Below are positions 1 through 12,829 of a stretch of DNA of 64,000 nt, one piece after another. Location: positions 6,572,001-6,636,000 of the forward strand of contig CM120649.1 in NCBI GenBank assembly GCA_051362555.1, given 5' to 3'. Positions within the stretch are counted from its first letter, which is position 1. Each line of letters starts with the position of its first letter. The translations under genes and the position numbers were made by a program. The notes below the pieces were generated by a model, which worked only from the letters and a program-made list of their open reading frames with translations, was not told the origin of the DNA and did no database searches. Source of the stretch: Lingula anatina (lineage: Eukaryota; Animalia; Brachiopoda).

Positions 1-147
1 GGGAAAAAGTAGAAAGGTGATAATAACAACGTATTAACGAGAACATAGTTTGAAAATGAAAGGAAGTAATATTATCTTTTTTCTAACAGAAAAGTAAGTG
101 GACCCTTTCGGCTCTCTCCTGTATGCATTTTTTAAAACATTTTTTAC

Positions 148-160
148 TTTATTATTATTA

Positions 161-208
<48 letters not shown>
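148..208. repeat. (ATT)n microsatellite; others at 3691-3734 (CT), 6268-6319 (CA), 15047-15098 (CT), 33010-33097 (CT then CA), 39833-39873 (CA), 51092-51144 (TAT), 60379-60435 (TA)
   Basis: Simple repeats read directly from the sequence. Confidence 0.95.
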
Positions 209-211
<3 letters not shown>

Positions 212-285
212 TGCTAAAATCTGAACATGTGTTTTGAAAGAATTCAATCGGTGAATTTGTTAAAAACATGTCAGTTTTGTTTCAG

Positions 286-1568
286 GGTCGCGGTCTGATC
301 CACCTCATTCCTAAGACGACTGGACCGACAGACGCTGTCACCGCTACAATAACAAAACAGGGTGCGTCTCTTTTTTTAACTATATTGAAACATCATGTTT
401 GTGTTTTTGGTATGCACGCAACAATAGAGTTAGATAAATTAAGATTAAGTACCGTCTTGTCTACTACCTACACGTGTTTTGTATATTTTAATTAAAAAAA
501 AAATTAACTCACTTGTATCAGAGGCGCCCTAAAACCTTGGGGTTTCTTGATCGATGAAACATTTTCTAGAAATAAAGACACTCTAGAAAATATATTGAAA
601 ACACTGAAAAATATTCTTTAAAATATGCTCGGTTTGGTGCACTTATTTGACCAAAATTTAAATGTGTTAATTTTTATAGGGACGTTTACTCAGTGGCAGC
701 GTGTCACTACCAACCGGAAGACGTATCTACGATATGACGTCACCACTAACGCAATAGTGACATTCCGGAAAGAGGCGATCTTTTATGTGTACGCGCAAAT
801 TCACTTTCATCAGATGACGTCACAAACACTGATGTTTTGTATCTACAAAAGCGCCCAATCCCAGACCGACAACAGTAGTGACATCAGGTAAGTGCACGTG
901 ACAGTGTTGGTGACGTCATGGGGGTACAGTTAGTGGAGACATCAGGTCCGAAGCACCGACAATGCTTGTGTCAACAGGGAAAGACAATGTCGATAAAAGT
1001 GGGGACATCATGTGTGAGGTGCTTACGTCAGTAATGGTGGTAGAAGTAGAACTTAAAAAATCTTACAGTAGTACGTGTTACTGCATGTAGTCTTCTCTTT
1101 GAAATCTATATATTAGACTTATTTGCACCACCACGAACATAAGACAGACTATAATTAATTGTCCTCTTTGCTTAAAATATCTATATTCATTAAAACGGTT
1201 AAAGGAAATAATTCAAATAAAACAAGTGATATTTTCAGGTGTAAAACAAATAACCTAAACAGAGTGACGTCTTTTCTCAACCAAAAAAAACGAAACTTTA
1301 TGATCATATTTTCAGAGACAGATCAACGGCTCTGGCATGTGGGTCATCCACTACAAGTTATATTCCTTTCTACAAAAACCAACAGGACAGAGAACCAAGC
1401 TTCGTGTGGGAAAACGCCAACACCGTCTTCATCGGCGGGGTCTTCCCTTTGCTCTGCAGGGACAGGCTATGGCTCGGAATGTTTCAAGTGGACTCCGGGG
1501 AGTATGAAGGTTTTAAAATCAGGATCAATAGAAACTCTACATATTTCGGAATGCACGAGGTTTATTGA
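286..1568 (+). CDS. TNF-superfamily ligand gene 1 (5' end lies outside the window); exons 286-361, 680-887, 1316-1568
   Basis: AG/GT boundaries join in frame (phases 1, 2): GRGLIHLIP...GTFTQW...IFYVYAQIHF...MFCIYK...ALACG...NTVFIGGVFPL...DRLWL...NSTYFGMHEVY*. The HL strand, W, YxYxQxxF, GGVF and C-terminal TYFG motifs are TNF homology domain hallmarks. Confidence 0.9.
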
Positions 1569-2168
1569 CGTTTCATTTTGGATATTATCTTTAACTTTTT
1601 ATGTAAACTGTAGATAACCATTTTGTAAATATTGTAATTCTGTGCCAATATATGTGCATGTCTATTATTACATATAGTAGCCTACTAAAGAATATGTAAG
1701 GCACTAAGCTCTAATCACACACTGGACAAGTGCATATACCTGTCCCAAATCATGTATATACGATATTTATTTTCATTATATTAAATCTCGTTTAGAACGA
1801 CAAAAAATCTCCACTACTGCGTCACTTTCGTTGTAGATTAAGCATATATCCAGGTTCTGAAGAAAATCATATTTCCACCTAATTCAGGAATTTTAAAATA
1901 AATTGTTCGTCTACGTTAGACCTAGGGATTAACAAAATACACGTGCATGTCCTAGTAAAATAAATGTTACATTTCATTTTGAGAAAATACCAGCTGAACA
2001 CTTTCTACACTTACAGGTGAGAAAACAGAGTATTATTTTTCTGCGTGATGGTAAATTGATAAAATTGGATATTGAAATATAAAAATATGAAAACGAATTC
2101 TGTACTCCAAGGAAAAATTAATAAGGTTACGAAGATCTGCGTTGTATTTTAAAAACGAGTTGATATTC

Positions 2169-2655
2169 GAAATCGAAAGAAAAAGCCGTAATAATTTTCA
2201 AAAATCTAAAAGAAAATCGAAAGTCGCATTTCAGCTTCGAATGTGAAAGTGAAAATCTACGTTCCAGTGAGAGATTAGCAACGGATTAATTTTTTTAATT
2301 AAAATGAAAGCCAATTGCCTTATGACATTAGTGTAAAAAACCAATTGAACTTCCAATTGGCAAAAGTAATGTTTCCTGCATAAAACAAAACGTTGCACTC
2401 ACGCATGATAAAGAAAAACAATAATTAATAAACGTGTGCATTTCCTCATAAGTGAAAAACGAAACAAATACAAAATTTTGCCTTAAGAAAAAAATTTTCA
2501 CTTAAGATATGAACACGGCTCCAGGTTCTTTCTATTTTTCTCTTTAAAAAAGGCAAATTGTATTTCCTTACAAAAACAAAATGTAAAAAACATGTTTTTT
2601 GTTATACAAAATGGAAGTATAAAAATTGCTTTCGTATCAAAAAGAGAAAGTGAAA
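2169..2655 (+). promoter_or_regulatory. Cluster of GAAANNGAAA (IRF-E/ISRE-like) motifs upstream of TNF gene 2
   Basis: gaaatcgaaa 2169-2178, gaaagtgaaa 2245-2254 and gaaagtgaaa 2646-2655, all within 800 bp of the ATG at 2967. The A-rich background makes chance matches possible. Confidence 0.3.
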
Positions 2656-2966
2656 AAATTGTAATTTCTTTTCTAAAAAAAAGTCAAAGTATACTTTCAG
2701 TTTACACCGGGAGAGAGAGAGAGACATTAAAAACAACAGCACAGACGAACACACAAAACACAGTATAATTATAGAGGTTAACATCCTTATACATTCACAA
2801 AAAAAAAAAAAAAAAAAAAAAAAAGAAAGAAACTCGACGCACCACCCCAAAAAGCCCACATCCCTGTTCCAGGAAAACCTACATCCCCCAAAGGTACACA
2901 AATAGTGCTATCGGTTTCACTTCACCGGTAAACACTTTAGGCTACCCCAGATCTCACTACGCAAAC

Positions 2967-3697
2967 ATGGCGGCGTCGAACGAGGTGTTCACGTCGACAC
3001 TCATTCTGTCGTGTTGTGCGTGCTTAATCCTCGCGTTTGTTTCAGCAAGCTCTGATGACGCCTGGGATAATCTAAAGCGCTTGTGGAAGAGTGGTGCAAC
3101 GCGAGGGGAACCCCCGCCTATGGAAAAGTTTAGAGTCGCCATACTTGACGGTAAAAGGATCTTGCATACCAGTGACTCACTATTTAGGTCAGGGATGCCC
3201 CTTGCGAGGCCACGTTTGAATGTTGACAGTTCTGCGGGTGTCAAAAACAAGCACCAAACACCACATGTGCCCTTTTATTCAAGAGAAAACCCAAACCTGC
3301 CGATAACTACGCACAACATAGTAAAAAGAGTAGCTAAAGTGTCGCGTAAAAGCAAGGTATGTGGACTTCAAGTAAAAATATTTTTCAAACACCTTATGAC
3401 AGTTCAATTTGAACAAAACTGAAAGGATCACGGGATTATTTGGCAAATTTTGATTTCTTGATAAAGTTAAGTTAAATCATGGTTCTTCGTATAGGCCCCT
3501 ATTGCGCCGTCTCGCACAAGATTTATAAGCATGTTTTTCTTCAGGACGTGGAGAATGGTTTTCACCTCTTAGTATAGATGCTTTTTATTGTATTTATGTC
3601 ATGGTTAGTAAATCTTTTTATTATGCACGGTATCGCTGTGTACGCGGGTAGTAAGTAGAACAGCAGTGACCTTTTAAGGATTAAGATTGATTCTCTC

Positions 3698-3739
<42 letters not shown>

Positions 3740-5535
3740 AATACAACATATATCAAAGTCTCTTTAACTCCAGGCTAGTGTGATACATATGCTACCAGCG
3801 GGAAGAAATGACGCCTCTATGAGTAAAGTCACCAAAGACGGTAAGCTTGGCAGATTTCCCAAGAAATTTACCTCGGTATTATAACAGATGTCATGTTTAG
3901 TTTCTGCCTTTACTGCTAAATCAGAAGATTTTTTAACGATAGATGTCATGATAACTACAAGTAACGTTTTAGTACTGTAATTATGTGTGTTGAAGAATAA
4001 ATCATCATATATCTAATAATTAATTTATGGTATTTTATTTGTTCATTTATTTCATTTTGTTCACTATTATTATTATTCTATTCTTATGATAATCTTAGAA
4101 AAATTATTATGATACGGGTTTCTCTTCCCTGTCTCAAAATGTGCGCACATACGAAGCAGATTATTATACACTGTAGATGATTAAAAACAGTATAAAACTA
4201 TGTATTGGTATAACTTACATGTCACATTAGTCAACTAGATAAGAAAAATATCCGCGATCAATTTTTCGCTAAATCTTTTCAGTTTCATTTGTCATACAAA
4301 TCTGAGACCCCGCTCCCATACCTATATCGATCTAGTGGATGTGGTCCATCTCCGAGGGGTTTCTCGCTAAATTGCACTCTGCCTTCAGTGGCATAGATGT
4401 CTGGCAAGCGCACTGAAGCTGCTAAACGATAATTAATTACCCCCTAACAGCATCAGTAGGCGTGCCAGACATCAGTGCTGCTTAAAGTTAAGATCTAATG
4501 TATACCGTCTATTAGATCTTAGCTTAACGTAACCAAAGTGCAATTTAGCGAGAATTTCGTCGGGGATGGACCGATCCCGCTAGATCGATCTAGGTATGAA
4601 AATGGGGTCTTATCTCCATAGGCACATTCGGCCACTGGGAACCGCTGACCCAGCAGAGGATTAAGTATGACCCGTCCAGTAACACCATGGTGGTCACCAG
4701 GGCCGGTTTCTTCCACGTGTACGCCCAGGTCCATTTCTACATGTTCACCTCGCATGCTATGGTGTTCTGTTTATATAAGACCGATTTTAGGACGGCACAG
4801 CGCAAAGGAAACGACAGGTGAATACCCCTGCCTCCCCCCCCCCCCCCCGATTTTTTTTCATGGGGATAGGTGAATAGTTGTCCACGCCACCTCCCTCCCC
4901 CACACCACCATGCGCTGAGTTTTTTTTAACCTTAATATAGCTAGATTAATGGGGGAGCTTAACTTAAATTACTCTCATAATATTCATGTCAGATTATAAT
5001 ATAACAATTTGTTGTCATATTTATACAAATATAAAATAAAAAAATATGTGATCCGTCGATAAGATAATGTAATAATATACATGTATATAAATAATATAAG
5101 TTATCAATATTATATCAGTATATCTTATATATTTGCCTCTGTTTTTTATATATTTATTTATCTGTACACTCATTTAGGTATTTCTTTATTTATTTGCTTG
5201 ATTCATTAACTGAATAATTTTGCTGAGATCGGACGTTGATTTTCTTCATATAATGTTTCTTTTTTTTTTAATCGCTTAGGTCCAACTCCCCAAAGCTCGT
5301 GTGCGGAGAGTCCACCCCCAGCTACAGGCCTCACACCTCCCAGTGCGCAGATTACCCCTGCGGCATCAAAGGATGCATATGCACGTGGTTCAATGCCGCG
5401 ACCGTGCACGTGGCCGGGACGTTCTATCTCGCGAGATATGACGCGATCTGGCTTGCAGTTCGGGGAGATGAGGATGTTGGTTATGATATAAAGATAAACT
5501 TGAACTCGACTTACTTTGGTGCTTACTCTGTGTAA
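2967..5535 (+). CDS. TNF-superfamily ligand gene 2, 302 aa; exons 2967-3356, 3774-3840, 4622-4817, 5280-5535
   Basis: 390+67+196+256=909 nt in frame, intron phases 0/1/2. Hydrophobic N-terminus, basic stalk end (VKR...RKSK), then ASVIHML...GHW...GFFHVYAQVHF...TVHVAGTFYL..YDAIWL...STYFGAYSV*. Confidence 0.9.
4306..4609. mobile_element. MITE (family A) with about 70-bp imperfect terminal inverted repeats, in TNF2 intron 2
   Basis: gacccc...catacctatatcgatctag...ctcgctaaattgcac pairs with gtgcaatttagcgag...ctagatcgatctaggtatg...ggggtc. Internal sequence resembles 32063-32277 and 58428-58628. Confidence 0.75.
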
Positions 5536-6262
5536 TATTCTAAGCAATGGAACATTCCCATAATCATTACACTGTTCATATCCATCGCTTTATTCCCAAT
5601 TGATTATCTATTTTTGTATTAAGGGAGAACCCCAGAACTATTCACTTCGTCCTCGCCCTTGTCCTCTCTTATCCAGGAAATTTCCTGGATTTGTAACTTT
5701 GACTTTGTGATATTTTGAGGTAATTTGACCAAATGTTTATAGACCCCTCCAGTATACTTTTTGGATACATGTACCATCAAAGTTGATGAGACTTATTGTT
5801 TAGAAGAAAGAATCCATTCTATGGATTTAGAGAGCTACCTTTTTGTACAGTTTTATTAAGCCCATGTAAACAGCCAATTAATTTATTCAAGTTGATGATT
5901 TATTACATTGTGTATAGTCAATTAATTGCACTAAATACAGCCACACAGCGACGGTTGATTGTTAGCATTTTAAGAAATTGGAATTTGAAATACATTTATA
6001 TAAAAGCAGTCTGTAAGTAAGAAATATAATAAACCGTATACAAGTACATCCGTAGTTGGTATTTATGTGCATTTAGTTTGTTGATTTCAATAACATGGAT
6101 TCTTTTTACAGTGTGGGAAATGCGATATTGTTTATCGTATCAATTCCGTGCACTTTATCTAAATAATAGATTTATCGTGTCTTTTTAACTACAAGTTAAT
6201 CGCTTGAATTCTTGTAGATAATGCGCCAATCAAATTGCACATATCCACGACATAAAGATGCA

Positions 6263-6321
<59 letters not shown>

Positions 6322-8914
6322 CGAGCTATAAATACTTGTAACTGGTCATAAATAAAAATTGAAATGTAATGTCGTGTTGTACACTTGAGAATTTGCCACT
6401 CTCCCCCTCCGCCACTCCCCCCCCCCCCCCCCCCCCCCCCCGTGTTTTATTTCCTTGAAGACTTACCTGCTCATAACGTGACCCCCAGGCCAACCCTGGG
6501 GAAACACGACACCTTGGTACCTTGTTAAAACCCCTCTTTACAAGCCTATCAATAGACCCTAACGTGCAAAACGCTTGTTTATTTTTATACTTTCTTACTT
6601 TTATTGCGGTTGAGCGGGTCTTAAAATAAACATGTTGACTACTCATTACAATGGAAGAAATTCTGACATTTGGAAGTTATCCAAAACGTTTTGTTTGATT
6701 CACTGTGTTCCAAAAAATGTTGAAAGTCAAGGTAACCAATGTGCAATTTGTATGAGACAAAGAAAGAGGATGGATATTCTTTTCCGGTCTGTCTAAGTTT
6801 TGCTGAGATACCAGCTATCAGCCGAGGGAGAGGGTGTGTACAGGTACATTTAAATAATAGATCCAGGGCACTTTGTGCACGTATCCCTACCTTAGTTTCT
6901 GACGTACCCTTTCCTCCCCTGAGAAAAAAAAAGCGAAAAAGTAAAAGGCATCCCATCTTTCTGCCATGCATGCAATACTAAATTTGCCCACGTGTAGATC
7001 TACCGTTTTATGCTTTTGCACCCCCCACCCCCAACCCCCACCCCCCCTTAAACAACATCCTAAATCTGCCATTGCAGCTTACAAGAAAAATGTTTTCGAA
7101 GGTTGACCCTTTTCAACTGACCGGGATATTTAATCTAGGCCCTCGATGGCACGTGCTCTGGCGCTGTCTCCGCGCTGACCCCGTTTAAAGAGACCTGTTG
7201 TTATCTACTGGGTAGTGTAATACAGGTGCGACAGATTTAAGGTCACCAAGGTCACAGGCTGCTCCTCCCAGGGACCAAACACACCGGAAATTATTGGTAA
7301 ACACAGGTAAATCTATGGGTAAAACACGTGTATACGTGAACAATGACTCTGCAACGCTTCAAGGGAGACCCCATAGGTTATTTACTGCACGTACAGTGCA
7401 TGCTTTACCCGGCCTGTAGCCAGCGATTTGACAGGGTGTTTTGTTTTGTTTTTTTTTGTTTTTTTGTTTTTGTTTTTTTGTGAAAAAAATGTGTCATTTT
7501 TATCTCCCTAGTTGACCCAACTTGAAAAATGGCATAAAAGCAGGGGTGAGACTACCACTTAGAGAAAAATATGGTGGAAATATATGGCGTGAGTTCCATA
7601 GGCCAATGATAATTCTGTCTCCCATAAAGTCGGAAATCATCCAATAGTCGGAGATATCTCATCGCCATAGATCAAATTTTTATTCTGGGCAAACTTTCAG
7701 TTCAAAAGAGCAGTTTAACCCCCGGGACACCCCCACCCACCCAGCCCTTCCCACCTACGAGCCTGTAGAACGTCCTATGCGTTTACTTTTAGCCTTGAAC
7801 CGCCTGCTCCTACGCTCCGTTTACCCTGCGTTCGTACATGTACTTTCGAGCACTGTCCCAAGACGATGCACAATCTATCTGTTGTAAGACACCGGGATGT
7901 TCACAGAGCGGGAAATAAAGCGTTTCTTGTTGTTGCTGTTATCAAGATTGCAACCCGAAAAAATGACCTTAATTCTTTCAGAAGGGGCGAGCTTGTTAAG
8001 CTATGCAGTTGTTGTACGGATATGTTTTGTGCAGTATTTGTATTGACTTATGCTCGTATCTCCCTTTTTTTTCAGTCGTAAAATGACTTCATTACCCAAA
8101 ACTGTAGGCTTGACGTCAATATGGAAATGGCTTGCCTCCAATAAAAAATGAAACTGAGGCTAACTTCCGGCAGAAGACGAAGTCTTGCTGTATTTGTAAA
8201 TATTTATAAATCATAAACTGACTAGTATTATTACTTCAAATCAATGTCCACCCCCACAAGGACTCATAAAAGAACTCCTTATAATGTGCATCTTAAAGAT
8301 TACCAGGCTTGAAACAAGAACAGTAAAATTTGAACTTATATATATTTGGTGTGAAATATTATCCTTTGCTACATGTACTTTACAGTACATGCTTAATTCC
8401 AATGTGCAAAATTTATCATGAATGCCCGAGATAAACACCATAAGGTCCACTGATTGATCATGAATTAATGATATGAAAAATTAGTAGTAGTATAGATTAT
8501 TTTTTAATACTGTAGGCCCTTAAACAATCCTCCTTTTCTCATCTCAAATTTTATATTTATATCAAATTTTCTTATGACAAATAATTTCAAGCCGTATGCT
8601 TTCAATTAGCAAAAATATAATAAAACAGCAACGTCTTACCAGGAAATTGATTGGGTTTTAAAAACTCTCCCCACCAAAACCAAGTTGTTTTAACTAAAAT
8701 ATCCGCGGCCACAGTTGACAATGTATGAGGACGAAATTGAGGAAAGAAAGGATAATCATACTCTGTCGCAGGGTACCCGTACATGTTCTAGTATATACAA
8801 AAACTACATATAGGGCCTTCATGTGTATAGAAAAATAACTCTACAATTTAAGACGCCTAGCCTCCTGAAGAGCTGTCTTAAATCAAGACGGCATTCTCAT
8901 CCAAAGTTGATCTT

Positions 8915-9248
8915 CGGCCTAACAGCTTCGCGGATCAAATATGGCTGACCCACTTGAAAGCTTGCCGCATTATCCCCTAAATAACTGAATACATTCCCCG
9001 CGGGCATTACGCGTAAGCTTTCAAGTAGCTCGGGCTTATTTGATCTGCAGATATATTAGTCCGCATATCATCTTGGGCGTATTATGAACAGCTTACTAAC
9101 AGATCCGTGGATCAAATATGACCGACACAGTTTAATGTTTGTTGCGTAATCCGCGCGTGGAATCTACATGTATGCAGTGTCTTATCGGGAATTAAGCGGC
9201 AAGCTATTTATTTGATACGCGGATCTTTTAGTCCTCTGTTCTGAATGC
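8915..9248. mobile_element. Two adjacent degenerate copies of MITE family B
   Basis: ctaacag..cgcggatcaaatatg.c.gaccca and the complementary atttgat...ttagtcc motifs are shared with 32497-32681 and 33606-33790. Confidence 0.65.
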
Positions 9249-10016
9249 TAGCTTTTGGTTTGAATGCGGCCTAGACATTCGAGGAGGCTAGGCTTCGTAG
9301 ACTAGTAGCTAAACTAAAAACCGAGGTGAGTGTTTGTCACGCACGGACTTAGTATCCATGATAACCAAGTTCCTAGCCAGGGATCCTGTCTTAAGTTTTT
9401 GTGAAAGGGGGTCAGGGCTACACATGTAGTTTTATAAGTTATTTTAATTGCTTTTAGTAAGAGCAAAATGGCAACCTGTTAAGTTATTCATTAAGGACAC
9501 AGAATCAAGTTGGGAGTCTGTCAGCCATTTTTAAAACCAAGACAAAAATCGAAATCCTATGTTTAATATAAGACTAACAATCGAAAGAATTTCCTTGTTA
9601 GTAGTTTTGAAGACTATCAGGAGCGTAATGAGCTTATTAAGTGACAGCTGCGTACTGACAGTATCAACGGCACGCGTTACAGAAGGGAGATATTGGGATT
9701 ATCAATTTAATAATTCCATCAAATTGAAAATGAAAGACCTTAATGTTAACAAAGTTGTTGAAAAATTCCGACCGGCTTTCGGTGTGCATCTGCGCCTGAT
9801 TTAGGCTGTAATGTGAGAAAGCAGTTCCGGTTTAAGTTCCACGTGGCAGGCCTAGGCAACCAACTTCTTCCAGGACCAGGAAGTTATCTGTTCACTTTTT
9901 GTGCAACGTGTCAAGTTTTACGTGTAGCCATTGTCCATATTACCCTCTTCCAGGGCCAAAGATTGATTTTTCACTAGATATTAACAGATATGTCTCTGGT
10001 TAAATAGATGGATAAT

Positions 10017-11289
10017 TTTTTTTTTTTTTTTTTTTTTTTTTTATTGACATCACAAAACAAAACATACATTTTCACACTAAACACATATTACAACATATAT
10101 GCAACAGACAAACTAGCATACAGTAGTCTCATTGGACATAAACAGCACAAGGGAGTGACAGAATACGTTGCACAAAATAACAGAAGTAATAGTATACAAT
10201 ACACATAACACAAACTGATTAACATCGTAACATATAAACAAAACAAACCAGATTATTATCATATATGAGTCACACCGGATTCTACATATTACTAACGTAC
10301 CATTTATACCACAGTCACAATATATATTATTATACCGATTGTCGGGAATAACAGAAAGCATCTCTCACATGATCATACAGAACAAATAAGCGTACAATAG
10401 TCTCCACTTAGCTGTGAGCTCAGGTACACATAACAAGTTGCTACACATAACACGAACTGATTAACATATATGGTAACATATAAACAAACAAACCAGCTAT
10501 TATCATATATAAGTCACACCAGATTCTACATATTACTAACGTACCATTTTTACCACAGTCACAACATATGTTATTATGCCGATTGTCGGGAATAACGGAA
10601 AGTATCACTCACTTACATGATCATACAGAACAAATAAGCGTACAATAATCTCCACTCAGCTGTGAACTCAGGTACACATAACAAGTTGCTACACATTACA
10701 TAACCAACATATAACAAGTATCCATGAACAGTCTGGTGCAACACCAAAGACTGACAGTACAGACTATCGAGATGTGAACTTAGGTACGCAAAGATATTAG
10801 ACATGCACAATTGGCTATGACTCCAAACAGTAAGAGATTGTCATACATTTACACTCGACACGTATTGTATCATTCTAAGCAAGTCTAAGTATTAAATTGT
10901 GCAAGCAAACGTACATGGCCTTAAGGTGGTCCAAATTCTGTACCGAGTCCAGATATTTTTTAGCAAATTCAACAAAAGAAATAAGTAATAATTGTTTGTT
11001 TCTGCACCTAAAGCTGTAGATATAGTATTTGATTAACATATTTAGGACATTATACGAATCTTTATTATTTTCATTTTTGTCAAGAATTCCAAATATAAAT
11101 GTTTTTTTCTCTAAAGTCATATTCAGCTTGTCTTTGATTACATTTAAAAAGGTTTCAGTTACAGAACAATCCCATAGTACATGAATAATTGTCTCCGTCT
11201 CTTTCTCGCACCTTTTACAAAGGGGGGTGTTAACTAAACCAGTTTTTGCAAGATAACTATTTGTCGGTAATATATGTTGATTTATTGAT
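10017..11289 (-). mobile_element. 5'-truncated L1/Tx1-like LINE: ORF2 C-terminal zinc-knuckle region, 3'UTR with a duplicated unit of about 245 bp, and poly(A)
   Basis: The minus strand reads HILPTNSYLAKTGLVNTPLCKRCEKETETIIHVLWDC...FGI...LIKYYIY (zf-RVT-like). A poly(T) run starts at about 10016. A 12-bp TSD, tagatggataat, lies at 10005-10016 and 11290-11301. Confidence 0.9.
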
Positions 11290-11951
11290 TAGATGGATAA
11301 TATCAGTACTGCCTCAGCAAAAATGCCAACTGCGGCACTGTTAGAGGGTCCGGTGACCTTTATAGAAAAAAATGAATATATATTTATCCCAGAAGGAAGA
11401 CAATTGCACTAGTGTCTGGCTAACAAAAGGTGCATCGACTGTATATGTGCACGCTGTCCTATATTTGGTCTCGGACGAATGGAAATTTGTCAGTGATATG
11501 AACTATAGTTTGTATGAGTGGAAACGTGGGTCGCGTTGAAGTTCATATCCTAATTATTTCTGAAAATAAGGAAATGCATTTAGCTTCATCTCTTCTAAAT
11601 TAAAAAAAAATATATGCTTTGCGCATGTACCTCGTATGATGAAAAAATTGTTGATAGTTATTGTTCCAATCTTGGACAACCCTAGGCTTTGACTATATGA
11701 CTAAAAATAGTTCGTCAAAGATTTTTGCCCAATTACATTAAACATTGCACCACTTTTGCCTGAGTTTCCGAGAAAATATTGTAACAGAGGCTATATAAGG
11801 CATGCATACGCTTGTAACCGCGGTATGCAAGCGCGCGAGTGTTGTACCATACCTTAAATCGATAAAATAGCCTTCAAGTACTTCAAAATTCGAAAATTTT
11901 AGAACTTTTAATAAACTGGCCATGTATTTGCAATGTCACTCAGGAAACCGT

Positions 11952-12137
11952 ATGGTTTTTGCGAGAAGACTGTTCATCTTTGGTTTGATATCTGCCGTCT
12001 GCTTTGAAAACGTAGTATCGCAAGGACAGTTTGAACGTCCAGGCTGGAAACAAGAAGCGCCGGAGACCAGACTTTACTCAGAAAAGAGACGCTCTAGGAG
12101 GGAGTTACTCGGAATTCAAGAGGACGAGAAACATCAG
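11952..12137 (+). CDS. Orphan first exon: signal peptide, short propeptide and furin site (RRSRR); possibly an alternative exon 1 of TNF gene 3
   Basis: MVFARRLFIFGLISAVCFENVVSQG...EKRRSRRELLGIQEDEKHQ ends at a phase-0 CAG|GTTAGT donor. The layout matches exon 1 of the neighbouring TNF genes. Confidence 0.5.
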
Positions 12138-12829
12138 GTTAGTAAAGCGGCTTTTTCGTTACAGGTCAGCTTCTTCTTATTTTTTTAGATAACGTTATAG
12201 TTCGCTTCATTTTAAGAGAGACATCCCCTTTAAAGATGAATTCTTATTATCAGCTGATAACTTAATGAAGATCACATAAAAGTGCTGTTCGTTTTCCTTT
12301 GTTTCTTTTCTTTCTTTTTTCATGAAGATAAAATATTACAAAAGTTGGAAATCGTGCTAAGAATCAGTTACAGCGACGTTCATCAAAACTAAATATTTCT
12401 CTCTCTACAACTTATGATGATGTCCGAAGTATTGGAACGAGTTTTTATTTTACAGATAAATACTTCAAATTAAAAAAGGTGGTTTTAACAACTGTCTTCT
12501 TGATTCCTTATTTTTCACCTGAAAAAAATCCCGAAATCTCGTTTCCGACTCGTTTCCTAGGGTGCTCCCAAAAAACTACCATGTGCGTAACCTTATGCTT
12601 AGAATGAGCCTATAAACGATCAATTCTGGGCGAACAGCGTGGCGGTTATAAGACCAGGAAACGTGGTCTGTACTTGTGTTCCATATTATTTACATTTGAC
12701 GATTTTTTTCTGGCCGCCTCAACAATTCCTATAAAAGGAACATACCATACACAAAGTCAGTATACTAAAAGGATTTTTTTCTTTGTACAGGCGTGAGGAG
12801 AGAATTTTTGTTTTCATGGTAAAAACCAA

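Noticed and set aside
1159-1617. 152-aa ORF
   Set aside because: It overlaps the TNF1 last exon in a different frame. The true coding frame is 1316-1568.
6460-6545. Strong minus-strand donor (CAG|GTAAGT) suggesting an antisense exon
   Set aside because: I found no partner exons or meaningful peptide, so it cannot be supported without transcript data.
8111-8170. Perfect CRE (tgacgtca) and ETS-like (acttccgg) motifs
   Set aside because: There is no adjacent gene start, and short motifs like these are expected by chance.
9755-9810. Second hammerhead-like motif on the minus strand (ccGAAAgccggUCgg); a similar partial motif lies near 30890-30915
   Set aside because: The CUGANGA box is mutated in the first (cuaaauca) and GAAA is mutated in the second. 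At best these are dead Penelope-type remnants.
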